Source: Deltaproteobacteria bacterium (lineage in GTDB: Bacteria; Myxococcota_A; Polyangia; Fen-1088). From it: DNA of 64,000 nucleotides. The position numbers and the translations under genes are program-made. The stretch is from assembly GCA_033763315.1 (NCBI GenBank), contig JANRKS010000005.1, forward strand, positions 96,001 through 160,000, read 5' to 3'. Positions 35,204-44,395 of this stretch are shown piece after piece (the first letter of the stretch is position 1; each line of letters begins with the position of its first letter). The notes beneath the pieces were generated by a model, which was given only the letters and a program-made list of their open reading frames with translations, had not been told where the DNA came from and made no database searches.

Positions 35204-36865
35204 TCAGCGCCTTCTCACAGCGCTCCAATCAAGCCGAAGTTGTCCATCCGTGAAAACGAGTGCCTTTTCGCTCAGGCCCGTTGAGCCGTTTGTGATTGAT
35301 TCGTGCACGTTGACGGCTGGCGCAAGCACGACGTCGCGCCCTTGTGCAAACGACTGCGTTTTCACCAACGCCCAATAGGCCTTGTCTAGGGCAAGCGCGC
35401 GGGCGCGCGACGGTAGCAGGAGTTGATCGATGCCCGCTTCACCAAGGTTTCGCACCTGCTCTTCGTTCAAGTCGCCGCCGGTGAAGAAGCGCTCCAAAAG
35501 TTCGGCGTTGCTGCGGAACTCATCACCGCCTTTCACGCGACGAAAGTACGTCAAGATCTCGGGCTCCTTGTGTTTAAGCTGCGGCACATCTGCGATGCCG
35601 CGAAGATCTTGATGCGCCCAACCTGCTTTGCCAGGAACCTTGCGTGGGAACGCGAACGTTTGGTCCAGCGTGATCCCGAGGTTTGTGTGGCAGCCCATGC
35701 AGAATAGATGTTCCTCATGCGTTTGCAGGCGAAGCCTGCCTTCGGCGTCTTCGATAAACCCTTGCAATCGCCAGCCGAAATCGTTTACGAAGCCTGCCAG
35801 CGGCTCACCTTGAACAACGGGCGGCTTTCCCTCCTCGCGTTCGTTCTGTTCGCGCTCGTAGTTGGATATGATCTTCCAGCGTTCAATATCGAACTGCTTG
35901 CGTGAGTAACGCAGCTCTTTGAAGCGGGTTGCGAGGTGGCTTGGAACGTCTGGATCCAAATAACGAACCGAATGGAGGAACTCCGTGCCTTCAGGATAAA
36001 GACTGCGCTGCACGGGAACGGAAGCCGCATCACCCAAGTATTGCGTGGGTAAGCCCCGAAGCTGGGTGGTCACGCCGCGCGCGCCGTCTTTGTTTAAGTC
36101 AACGCCCAGCTTGGTCTCGTCGAGAGGTTCGACTGTCCACGAAAGATCGGCTGCCAAAACATCTGGATCGCTTCCAAAGGACGCTTCAAGAATGGCGAGA
36201 TTCGCCTTGTACACTTCCGCATCAGGCTTGCCGTGGCTTTGGCCGAAGCGCTCGGGCAGCCGAATCATCACATCGTCTGTGGAACCATTCGTTGGCCAGA
36301 ACGGCCCTGGGAATGGTTTGTATCGAAACGCGCGCCAGCGGCTGCCGTCGCGGGCAAAACCCTCTTCATCGAAGCCTGTTGCAAAGTTGAGATCGGGCCG
36401 ATATCCCGAATAGTCGGAGCGCGATCGCAAGGCCTCTTGCAGGCCTGCGTAGTTGTCTTGTCGCACGTGACGAAGTACGGCTTCGTCTGTGATTTGCGCA
36501 GTGGCCTCGCGCCTATCTTCAAATAGGTTGCGCCAATGGTTTGTTAGCCCTGGCTCGCTAAACGCATATTCCTTCTGCAGGCGCCAATCGCTCATTAAAT
36601 TCGGAAAACGCGATTCACTGTGGCACGTCCAACATGGGTTGGACGCTCCGTCGGTCTTTGTGTAGCACTGTGCTGGAATGCCAGCCTCTACATTGCTCAC
36701 TTGACCACGCGTGGCAGCCGCGAGCGCGAGCGGGTCGTAGTCAAGCGCTTTTCGTTCACTTTGAGTAGGGGTGCCACCCGAGGGCGCGTCACAATGCCAA
36801 AGGCCCCAACCCGCAGCTAACGTGACAATCGGCAGGCCCGCGAGGAAGACTCGATGAAGTTTCAT
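35204..36865 (-). CDS. Hypothetical exported protein with two CxxCH motifs (possible c-type cytochrome)
   Basis: CWTCH and CMGCH motifs, N-terminal hydrophobic signal, directly downstream of phoX. Confidence 0.7.
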   Translation of the reverse strand: MKLHRVFLAGLPIVTLAAGWGLWHCDAPSGGTPTQSERKALDYDPLALAAATRGQVSNVEAGIPAQCYTKTDGASNPCWTCHSESRFPNLMSDWRLQKEYAFSEPGLTNHWRNLFEDRREATAQITDEAVLRHVRQDNYAGLQEALRSRSDYSGYRPDLNFATGFDEEGFARDGSRWRAFRYKPFPGPFWPTNGSTDDVMIRLPERFGQSHGKPDAEVYKANLAILEASFGSDPDVLAADLSWTVEPLDETKLGVDLNKDGARGVTTQLRGLPTQYLGDAASVPVQRSLYPEGTEFLHSVRYLDPDVPSHLATRFKELRYSRKQFDIERWKIISNYEREQNEREEGKPPVVQGEPLAGFVNDFGWRLQGFIEDAEGRLRLQTHEEHLFCMGCHTNLGITLDQTFAFPRKVPGKAGWAHQDLRGIADVPQLKHKEPEILTYFRRVKGGDEFRSNAELLERFFTGGDLNEEQVRNLGEAGIDQLLLPSRARALALDKAYWALVKTQSFAQGRDVVLAPAVNVHESITNGSTGLSEKALVFTDGQLRLDWSAVRRR

Positions 36866-36931
36866 GTGCTGTACAACGCAGAAGCCGCTGCGGCACCCCA
36901 GGGCCCCGCAGCGGCTTTAGAAGGTGCAATA

Positions 36932-39247
36932 TTAAGGTTGCGACCAGGGCCAGTTGCTAAAGCGCGATTCGCCAGGATGTTGGACGTTGAAGAACAACGT
37001 CCTTCCATCGGGCGTAAACGCGGGACCTGTGGCTTCAGAATCACTAGGACCTGCGACCACGCGGAAGCCACGGTGGGTGCCGTTGGCTAACGTTGTGCTC
37101 ATATCAACGAAGTACAACCCATCGCCTTGCGAACCGTTGACGCTTGGGTTTCCATCGGTGCCAAACCAAAGGTTGCCCTCGGGGTCGATTACCAAATTGT
37201 CGGGAGCGCCTGCGTCGAACGAACCCTTTTTGTTGTCGCCCAACCAAACGGCGTAAAAAGAGAAGGCACCGGTGTTAGCGAAGTCGTCCCCGGCTTCTTT
37301 CAATGCAAACACAGAGCCCGGCGCATCGTTGCGACGGTTCGCTGGTTCGCCTTGGGTTTCGCCACGTTTGGCCGCATTGTCTCGCTTGTCAAGCTTGCCA
37401 TCGGCAAACAAGAAATTGTTCCCGGTGTGATTCGTGAACGCGATGTACAGACGGTTGTCGAACGGACTCCACTCGATGTCTTCAGGTCGGTTCAGCTCGC
37501 GCACGCCGATCTTGTGTTCTGCCGTAAACAAGCTTTGCTTTACGGTGTTGTCGTTCGCGAAGCCGCCAAGATCGTTCCAAGTCATGCTCTTCAAAGCAGC
37601 GCCCACTTTCGTGCCAGCTCCCAAGGCCGCTGCGTTGGGGGCGTCGTCGGTTGTGTTGTCAACGCTCAGCAAGATCCATTTGCCGTTGCCCGGTGCTGCC
37701 GCCGATGGTGTGGTGCCGTTGTTGATCGTCTTGCCTGTGTTGTTATCGAGGTCAGCGAAGTGAGCCACATAGATGTAGCCGTCCGCCAACATGTCGCGGA
37801 TCTGCTTTTTGGTCATGCCGGTGGTGTAGTTGGTTTTGGAAACCCACTTATAAAGACGCCCGCCGCGGCGATCACTGGCTGCGTAGATCACGATGGGCTT
37901 TCCGTTAACGAGCTGCCAGCTGTTGTTGGTAGCCACCGAGGCGTTTTCCCAACGTGCGCGACCGAAGCTGCCGAGCTTTTGATGGCCTACGCCCATGTCG
38001 TCGTAGAACTTATCGGCTGGCTTGCCTGGATCGAATTCAACCAAATAGCCGTAGAAGTCTCGGTTGTTCTTGCCCTTCGACGACCGGCCAAAGTCGCTGC
38101 TGCTCGTGGGCGCCACGTTAAAGGTGATGTTTTTGCCTGCGTCGCAAACGCCACCAGGGATGAAGGTGTTGTTGCCGCTCCAGCAGTCTTCAAGATCGCC
38201 GTAGAAGTCCTGCACGTTCTCTTCTCCGCTCAAGACGGTTCCCCAAGGCGTGTGGCCTCCCGAGCAGTTGTTGCTGGTTCCCGCCACAACACCCGCGGGC
38301 AAGGCCGCGCCGTTGTCGTCCGTATTGCCCGCGGATAGGGTCATCCCTGTAACCTTGATCCGCGTTGCACTGGTCGCGTCGTATCGCACGTTAGCGGCGG
38401 CGCGATCGATCACCCACTGACCACTGGCAGGATCCTGAACTGTGCGGACCCATGAGCCACCTATTTGGCGTTTTACGCCTACAACAAATTGATCTACGGT
38501 CGCTTGTGTCCACGATGCGCCCGCGCCGATGTCGAAGTTCAACAAATTGCGTGAACGCATCCACTTCGCAAGCTTGGTGTACGACCCAGCCGGCGGAGTG
38601 TTGACGCCTGCGATGCTGCCCGAAACATACTCGTGGTTAACGAAGAACCAGCCTGAAGCGCTGCTGCCGCCGTAGAAGCCAGGCAACGTGCCGTCAGGAG
38701 TGTCTCCGAAGTAGGCGATGTAATCGTTGTTATCGCCGAAGCGGGGCGCCACTTTGCCGTCCTTTTCTTCAACGGAATCATCCCACGTCAAAGGCTCCAA
38801 CCATCGAACAACAACGTTCGATTGCAAACCTTTGATGGCCCTTACCGTGTCTGTGGACGCCGGTGCGAGTGGAAAGCCAGGCGTGCTGGTGGCGTTCGCG
38901 TTGTATTGCGCGACCAAAGCCTTGACCATCGTGGGGATGCTTTGTGTGCCATTCGCAACAACCGCCACCAATCCCGACACCGAGCCAATCTCAGCAAGCG
39001 ATGTGCCCGGGAGACCTGGGGCGCCCACTTCGCCTTGCGCACCTGCATCGCCCGCTGGGCCAGCGCTGCCTGGGGCGCCAGGAGCTCCAGGAGCACCTGG
39101 CGCTCCAGGCGTACCTGGTGCACCCACTGGCCCGACCGGCCCGGCGGCTCCTGGGTCACCCTTGTCGCCCGAACATGCACCAACAGCCAGTGTGCCCCAC
39201 AACGCCAAAGCGCTCGTTCCAAACTTTCCCGCAGTTCTTCGATACAT
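36932..39247 (-). CDS. phoX: PhoX-family alkaline phosphatase lipoprotein with collagen-like stalk
   Basis: Motifs FGDNNDY, VNHEY, GTSNNCSGG.TPWGT.LSGEEN, GRARWEN, RPED, PDNL, SEATGP.FTPDG.TLF.NVQHPGE. AVGAC lipobox and AGGAGG RBS. Confidence 0.88.
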   Translation of the reverse strand: MYRRTAGKFGTSALALWGTLAVGACSGDKGDPGAAGPVGPVGAPGTPGAPGAPGAPGAPGSAGPAGDAGAQGEVGAPGLPGTSLAEIGSVSGLVAVVANGTQSIPTMVKALVAQYNANATSTPGFPLAPASTDTVRAIKGLQSNVVVRWLEPLTWDDSVEEKDGKVAPRFGDNNDYIAYFGDTPDGTLPGFYGGSSASGWFFVNHEYVSGSIAGVNTPPAGSYTKLAKWMRSRNLLNFDIGAGASWTQATVDQFVVGVKRQIGGSWVRTVQDPASGQWVIDRAAANVRYDATSATRIKVTGMTLSAGNTDDNGAALPAGVVAGTSNNCSGGHTPWGTVLSGEENVQDFYGDLEDCWSGNNTFIPGGVCDAGKNITFNVAPTSSSDFGRSSKGKNNRDFYGYLVEFDPGKPADKFYDDMGVGHQKLGSFGRARWENASVATNNSWQLVNGKPIVIYAASDRRGGRLYKWVSKTNYTTGMTKKQIRDMLADGYIYVAHFADLDNNTGKTINNGTTPSAAAPGNGKWILLSVDNTTDDAPNAAALGAGTKVGAALKSMTWNDLGGFANDNTVKQSLFTAEHKIGVRELNRPEDIEWSPFDNRLYIAFTNHTGNNFLFADGKLDKRDNAAKRGETQGEPANRRNDAPGSVFALKEAGDDFANTGAFSFYAVWLGDNKKGSFDAGAPDNLVIDPEGNLWFGTDGNPSVNGSQGDGLYFVDMSTTLANGTHRGFRVVAGPSDSEATGPAFTPDGRTLFFNVQHPGESRFSNWPWSQP
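38999..39169 (-). repeat. Collagen-like (Gly-X-Y)19 repeat in PhoX
   Basis: GDK GDP GAA GPV GPV GAP GTP GAP GAP GAP GAP GSA GPA GDA GAQ GEV GAP GLP GTS. Confidence 0.9.
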
Positions 39248-39306
39248 TTAGCCTCCTAGTATTTGATCGCTAAGAGGCATCATGAAGGTCGCGGCGACGC
39301 GAACGA

Positions 39307-39909
39307 GTGGCAGGTTTGAAACGCTTCTGCTGCAGTCAGTTCACCGAAGCGTCGCAATCGTGTTTCAAGAAGGGCAGGGTGCGGTGTCGGCACACCATAG
39401 GGCTCTTCATTGCATTGCAGGCCGCGGCGTGTGACCCATCGGCGATGCCAATGCCAATCGCGCGAGGCGATGCGCCTGCTGATGGCGCCGTTGATCTGAT
39501 GATCGCAGGAGACGCTGGCGCCGATGCCGCTCTACACGAGGATGGCGTGGTGGTGATCGTTGATGCGCTCAGCGAAGCCGCAGATGCAGCAGTGCCCCCC
39601 GACAAGGTCGTGCAATCGTGCCTAGCGGCCGACTACGTCGATCGTACGCAAGTGGTGGCCGACCGCGTGCTGGCCTGGAGCCACGGCTTTAGCGATGACG
39701 AGCGATGCCTCGTGGTGCGCGTGGGTCAGACTGTCGTTTGGCAGGGCAGTTTGAGCACGCATCCACTTGATGCGGAGGGTGGCGATTCCCCCAACCCGAT
39801 CGTTTCGCACAGCGATGGCGTTGTGACATTTCGCAGCCCCGGCACCTTTGGGTACGTGTGTGGAGCCGCTCACGCAGGCATGTATGGCGCCATCCACGTT
39901 GTGCCCTAA
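39307..39909 (+). CDS. Cupredoxin/plastocyanin-like lipoprotein
   Basis: Type-1 copper ligands in THPL and FGYVCGAAHAGMYGAIHV, plus GQTVVW. AAAC lipobox. The start is probably later than 39307. Confidence 0.75.
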   Translation: MAGLKRFCCSQFTEASQSCFKKGRVRCRHTIGLFIALQAAACDPSAMPMPIARGDAPADGAVDLMIAGDAGADAALHEDGVVVIVDALSEAADAAVPPDKVVQSCLAADYVDRTQVVADRVLAWSHGFSDDERCLVVRVGQTVVWQGSLSTHPLDAEGGDSPNPIVSHSDGVVTFRSPGTFGYVCGAAHAGMYGAIHVVP

Positions 39910-40181
39910 ACACGAAAGTCTTGTGTGGGCCTAAACGAGTACCAGTTGCGTTGGACTTGCCATCCACCGGCCACAACCACACGGACGTTTCCCTTGAGAA
40001 CTTTACATGCTCTTTCGGTCCAAGATCAGGTACAGCGTCAAAATGATCACGATGGCGCCTGCCATCATGTTGGGGAGAGCCGTTTGACCCCAGACAACCG
40101 AACGCCCCAAGTCACCGGCAAACGCCGACGATACCGAAACAAGTGGTACCATCGGCGCGTTTGTCGCCGTGGAGCGGAGGG

Positions 40182-40832
40182 CTAGGGCTTCAACACCTTG
40201 AACGCGTGGTTCCACTGGTTGCGCAAGAATCCTGGCAAACACCAAACGATGCACAACGGTTCAATCGCGCGCGCACCCGCGGCCGTGCCCATGTCTTCTA
40301 CGTCCCAACCGAATTGATCCAGGATCTGTCCCACTTTGGTCTTCGCGGCGGCGTCGTTGCCTGCGATGAACATGGTGGGGCGGCCACCTGGATAGGATGG
40401 GTTGACCATCTGTGCACTGCCCACGCTTGAGAACGCCTTCACGAATTTGGCGTCAGGGTGTTCAGCCTGCAGCTTTTCCATCAACGACGAGGTCAGATCG
40501 GTGAAGAACTTCAGCACGCCTTGTTCGGGCGGCGCTTCGGCGATGGGGTTGGTGGCATCGATCACGAGCTTGCCCTTGAGATTGGCTGCTCCCGCGAGCT
40601 TCAAAGCTTCCGAGGCCACGGTGCCTTTGACCGCCAGCACCACGATATCGCCCGCCGCCGCCGCTTCGGCGAATGTGCCCAAGGCCACGCCTTGACCCGC
40701 CGCCGCTTGCCAGGCTTTAAGCTTTTCGGGCTCGCGGCTGCCGATCGTCACGTCATAACCGTGCCGTTTGAATCCAGCCGCCAGCACTTGCCCCACCTGT
40801 CCCGAACCGAGTACGCCAACTTTTTGAGCCAT
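40182..40832 (-). CDS. NADPH-dependent F420 reductase-like oxidoreductase
   Basis: Rossmann GVLGSGQVG, then IDATNP, VKAF and IAGND..AK. AGAAAGG RBS. Confidence 0.88.
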   Translation of the reverse strand: MAQKVGVLGSGQVGQVLAAGFKRHGYDVTIGSREPEKLKAWQAAAGQGVALGTFAEAAAAGDIVVLAVKGTVASEALKLAGAANLKGKLVIDATNPIAEAPPEQGVLKFFTDLTSSLMEKLQAEHPDAKFVKAFSSVGSAQMVNPSYPGGRPTMFIAGNDAAAKTKVGQILDQFGWDVEDMGTAAGARAIEPLCIVWCLPGFLRNQWNHAFKVLKP

Positions 40833-40959
40833 GTGTAACCTTTCTTGTGTCCCGCAAAAGATGCTCGTGGGCGGCATAGGTTACGTGCGGTCAAGCTGAA
40901 AGGCTGGGTGTTCCAAAGCTCTGGGCGTTGCTGCCACACGAGCATCGACCCCATCCTTC

Positions 40960-42177
40960 GTGCATAATGTCGCCGTGGATACCCCCCCACCCGAGCTTGC
41001 GTCGCAGCGGCGCCCTGTTGAACCTGCAAGCCCCGCCGCCAAGATTGTAGGGGCTGTGGCTTTGCTGATCTCGGGGGCCGCCGCATTCCTTCTGTATGCG
41101 AATGGTCGCGCACGTGGTTGGCCCTTACAGGTGAGCGTGGCCATCGCGGCTGTGGCGTTTGTGGCGCTTCCTGTGCTTTGGCATGTCCTGGCGGAGCGGC
41201 AGCGGCGCACCCGCGAAGGTGGCTTTGCACGTTTGTTGTGGCGCTGCTTTGCGGTGAACGCCTTGTTGGCAGCGAGTGCCGTCGCGAGTTTGGGCCCGCA
41301 AGGTGCGTGGACGCGCGTGAGCGATCATCTGCCCCGCCGAAGTGTGGCGCCAACGTCCGCCCCTGCCGCGCCGGCACTTCCCCCCACGCCGCCACCGCCT
41401 CCCGATAAACCCGTGGCCCCAGGTGATGGGCTTGAAGCTTTTGTTCCCGGCGACGCCACGTGGGCGTTGCGTGTGGCAGGCATCGAAGCGTTGCAAGGTT
41501 TCTTTGACGGCTCTGAGGCGCAGGAGCGTTTGGTCGCTTTGAAAAAGTGCCACATCGATCTTACGACAGCGGAAGTGGCTGTGGCCGCGCGCAAGCCGGG
41601 AGAGGTCATGGCGATTGTGCGCGCCGCGGGTATTTCTGATCAAGGCAACCTCTATTGCGTGGTGGGTGCATTGGGCAACGAACGGTTGGTGCTGCATTTC
41701 GACGCTGCGGCGCCGCGGCCCCGCTTTAGCGCCACAGGCTTGGTGCCCGATGCCACCGTGACGTTTGCCGAGATCGCTCCCAACACGCTGCTGATGGCCG
41801 CGCCCTCGTGGAGCACGCTGGTTGAACAGCGCTTTGCCGGCAAGGGCACACCGTTGCGAGAAGGGGTTTTGGCGGAGCCGTTCTCGCGTGTGGATCGAAA
41901 AGCCGGCGTATGGGCGGTAAGTGTTGCGGAGACCCCTGACGGGCCGCGCGACATCGCGATGCAGGCCAACATGGTGGGAGGCGGCCTCAACGTGCATGCC
42001 ACAGCCGTGCCGCCCGCGGGGCGAGATCACATGGCAAAGTTGGAACTGACATTGCCGTTGGCGTTTGTGCGGGCGGTTTCGCAAAAAGCTTTGTGGCAAG
42101 GCGCCAAAGGCGTGTGGGACGCTTTGGCTGCCGATGCCAGTGGTCCACCGGCGCCCGTACCGCCCGCGGCGCGCTGA
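40960..42177 (+). CDS. Hypothetical membrane protein
   Basis: Three N-terminal hydrophobic helices, a Pro-rich linker and a soluble C-terminal domain. Confidence 0.65.
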   Translation: MHNVAVDTPPPELASQRRPVEPASPAAKIVGAVALLISGAAAFLLYANGRARGWPLQVSVAIAAVAFVALPVLWHVLAERQRRTREGGFARLLWRCFAVNALLAASAVASLGPQGAWTRVSDHLPRRSVAPTSAPAAPALPPTPPPPPDKPVAPGDGLEAFVPGDATWALRVAGIEALQGFFDGSEAQERLVALKKCHIDLTTAEVAVAARKPGEVMAIVRAAGISDQGNLYCVVGALGNERLVLHFDAAAPRPRFSATGLVPDATVTFAEIAPNTLLMAAPSWSTLVEQRFAGKGTPLREGVLAEPFSRVDRKAGVWAVSVAETPDGPRDIAMQANMVGGGLNVHATAVPPAGRDHMAKLELTLPLAFVRAVSQKALWQGAKGVWDALAADASGPPAPVPPAAR

Positions 42178-42201
42178 AAATGCAGGCTCCGTTGAGGTCG
42201 T

Positions 42202-43071
42202 ATGAGCGATCTACACAAACTTGTGGAGGCAGCGCTTGGCGCGAAAGTGTTGACGACGTCTGCCGTCGCGGGTGGAGACATCAACAGCGCGTGGCGCTTT
42301 GCTTTGCAAAGTGATGCACGTGGCCGCTTTGACGTATTTGTGAAGGCCAACGCCTCTGCACCCTCTGGGATGTTTGAGGCCGAAGCGAGCGGACTCGCCT
42401 TTCTTGCCGAAGCCGCGGCCTTGCGCACGCCGCACGTGCTGGCCGTGGGCGAATCGTTTTTGGCGCTAGAGTGGATCGAAGGCGGCCCACGCGCGCGCGA
42501 CTTCGATGATCGCTTGGGGCGAGGCTTGGCTGCCCTTCATCGTTCGAGCCCCGGCGGCTTCGGATTGGATCACAACAACTTCATTGGTCGCCTCCCGCAG
42601 AACAACGCGCCGGCCACAAGCAACGAGTGGGCGGTGTTTTATGCCGAACGGCGCTTGCAGCCGCAAACGGAACGCGCCGTGGACGCCCATCACCTGCCCG
42701 CTTCATGTGCCGCACGCATCGAACGGTTGTGCGCACGTCTAGCTGACCTTGTGGGCCCGCCTGAAACGCCCGCACGTTTGCACGGCGATCTGTGGGCTGG
42801 CAATCATGTGGCCGACGGCGAAGGGTTGCCCGTTTTGATCGATCCGGCCGCCTACGCCGGCCACCGTGAAGTTGACTTGGCCATGATGCGCTTGTTCGGC
42901 GGTTACAACGCACGCGTGTTTGCAGCCTACAACGAGGCTTATCCACTGGCGCCGGGCCATGAGCGGCGCGTTCCGCTTTATCAGCTTTACTACCTGCTTG
43001 TGCACGTGAATTTGTTCGGAGCCGCCTATCGCAGCGGTGTGGAATCGTCGCTTACATCACTGGGCTTTTGA
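42202..43071 (+). CDS. Fructosamine kinase family protein
   Basis: Motifs GGDIN, FEAEA.GL, LHGDLW.GN, IDPA.Y.GHRE.DLAM and YQLYYLLVH.NLFG. Confidence 0.92.
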   Translation: MSDLHKLVEAALGAKVLTTSAVAGGDINSAWRFALQSDARGRFDVFVKANASAPSGMFEAEASGLAFLAEAAALRTPHVLAVGESFLALEWIEGGPRARDFDDRLGRGLAALHRSSPGGFGLDHNNFIGRLPQNNAPATSNEWAVFYAERRLQPQTERAVDAHHLPASCAARIERLCARLADLVGPPETPARLHGDLWAGNHVADGEGLPVLIDPAAYAGHREVDLAMMRLFGGYNARVFAAYNEAYPLAPGHERRVPLYQLYYLLVHVNLFGAAYRSGVESSLTSLGF

Positions 43072-43630
43072 TGGCATCCGCAATTTCGCGCGCCACAGCC
43101 TTCACGCGGCGCAAGCGGTTGTAGATCGTGCGGCGGTTGCATCCAAGCTCATCGGCCACGGCCGATTGCGGTTCAAGATCCAGCAGGCAGCGATCGGCCA
43201 GGTCAACGTCTGGATCGCCGCAGCGAACACGCAAGGCCTTCACAAACTGGCGCGCCACACATGCCGTTTCAGCGTCAAGCGCACCTGCGTCAACAACCAC
43301 ATCTGGCATCGACGTTAAACGTAAATTCGATCGCAGAATGTTCAAAGACACGTTGTGTGCCACCCGCATCATGTACTTGCGCGCGTCGTCTTCAGAATGA
43401 AACCTGGTGCCTTGCCTCATGGTGCGCAGGAACACATCTTGGGTGGCGTCCTGAGCCGCGTGAGGAGACAGCAGAATTTGATAGCAGCGTGCCAGCAGAC
43501 TTGGCCGCAGCTTGCGGTAGATCTCCTCCATACCCAGCTCGTCTTGCGTTGCACCTCGGCCGTGCAGCGGCACGGGAGTCGCTGCAACGTCTTGTCCCAC
43601 AGCCTGTTCGTCTAGATGGGTTTCCTGCAC
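43052..43630 (-). CDS. ECF-type sigma-70 factor
   Basis: Region 2 AQDATQDVFLR and RVAHN..LN. Region 4 HTH QSAVADELGCNRRTIYNRLRR. Start uncertain. Confidence 0.78.
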   Translation of the reverse strand: MQETHLDEQAVGQDVAATPVPLHGRGATQDELGMEEIYRKLRPSLLARCYQILLSPHAAQDATQDVFLRTMRQGTRFHSEDDARKYMMRVAHNVSLNILRSNLRLTSMPDVVVDAGALDAETACVARQFVKALRVRCGDPDVDLADRCLLDLEPQSAVADELGCNRRTIYNRLRRVKAVAREIADAIKSPVM

Positions 43631-43711
43631 CAGCTCGGTTAGAGGTGGGCGGTTGAACGGTTCTTCCCGGCAAATGCAAATGCGTCTCCGGGGCCGGGTG
43701 CCTCGCGGCGC

Positions 43712-44230
43712 CTAAAAGAAGTAATAACGCAGAGCTGCTTCGATGTTGAAGGCCACACCGCCTCCGCGTTCGACCGTGGTGAAGCCATCGGTGGCCGTGA
43801 TCTTGCCTAGGTAGCTCGCGCCGGCGCCAACGTTGATCGCGATGCCACTCGACCAGATCCATTCCCACCCAGCGTTCAGTACGGCCCCGTAGGCGGCGGC
43901 TGTGACGTCGTTCAAACGCACGTGGGCGTAAAGCGGCCCGGCGCTTAGATAAGGCGATGAGCCGGGCGCTCGAAAGCGATATTGGACGAATGGCAGAACC
44001 CCGTAGCCCGTGTATTTGTCGCCCAACTCGCTCGTGTCGCTGAAGTAGTTCGCTTGCAGGCCAAGGCTCAGGTGTTCTCCCACGCCGAGCACAGCATCCG
44101 CGCCTAAAAAGCCAAGCCCGTTGCCGATCTTGTAGCCGACGCCCAAAGTGTGCGGCGCTTCGGCTGCCGCGGCAGCGGATGCCCACAGTAGTCCCACGCA
44201 AGCAACGGCAATTCTAAGTGTTTTCGTCAT
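43712..44230 (-). CDS. Small outer-membrane beta-barrel protein
   Basis: Signal peptide ending AAAAAE, alternating beta strands, C-terminal LRYYFF. Confidence 0.75.
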   Translation of the reverse strand: MTKTLRIAVACVGLLWASAAAAAEAPHTLGVGYKIGNGLGFLGADAVLGVGEHLSLGLQANYFSDTSELGDKYTGYGVLPFVQYRFRAPGSSPYLSAGPLYAHVRLNDVTAAAYGAVLNAGWEWIWSSGIAINVGAGASYLGKITATDGFTTVERGGGVAFNIEAALRYYFF

Positions 44231-44242
44231 GCATCCACCCGC

Positions 44243-44258
44243 AGCAACGCTTGTGCCA
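44243..44258 (-). promoter_or_regulatory. Sigma-54 (-24/-12) promoter
   Basis: The minus strand reads TGGCACAAGCGTTGCT, matching TGGCACR-N4-TTGCW, immediately upstream of the beta-barrel gene. Confidence 0.7.
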
Positions 44259-44395
44259 AGGCGTTTCTCCCTGGGATCACGGGGCACTCTCGGTGAGAAG
44301 CAGGTCGAAAGCAAGGCAACGATGTCGCGTTTTTGGCCCGCTGAGTTCAGCGGCGGTGTGGGGCTGCCGATGATCTCCTCCCAGCCCTTGCCGCC

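Noticed and set aside
37127-38338. 403-aa plus-strand ORF
   Set aside because: Antisense shadow of phoX in GC-rich DNA, with no recognisable motifs.
39248-39306. PHO box upstream of phoX
   Set aside because: No convincing CTGTCAT-like 11-bp-periodic direct repeat is visible.
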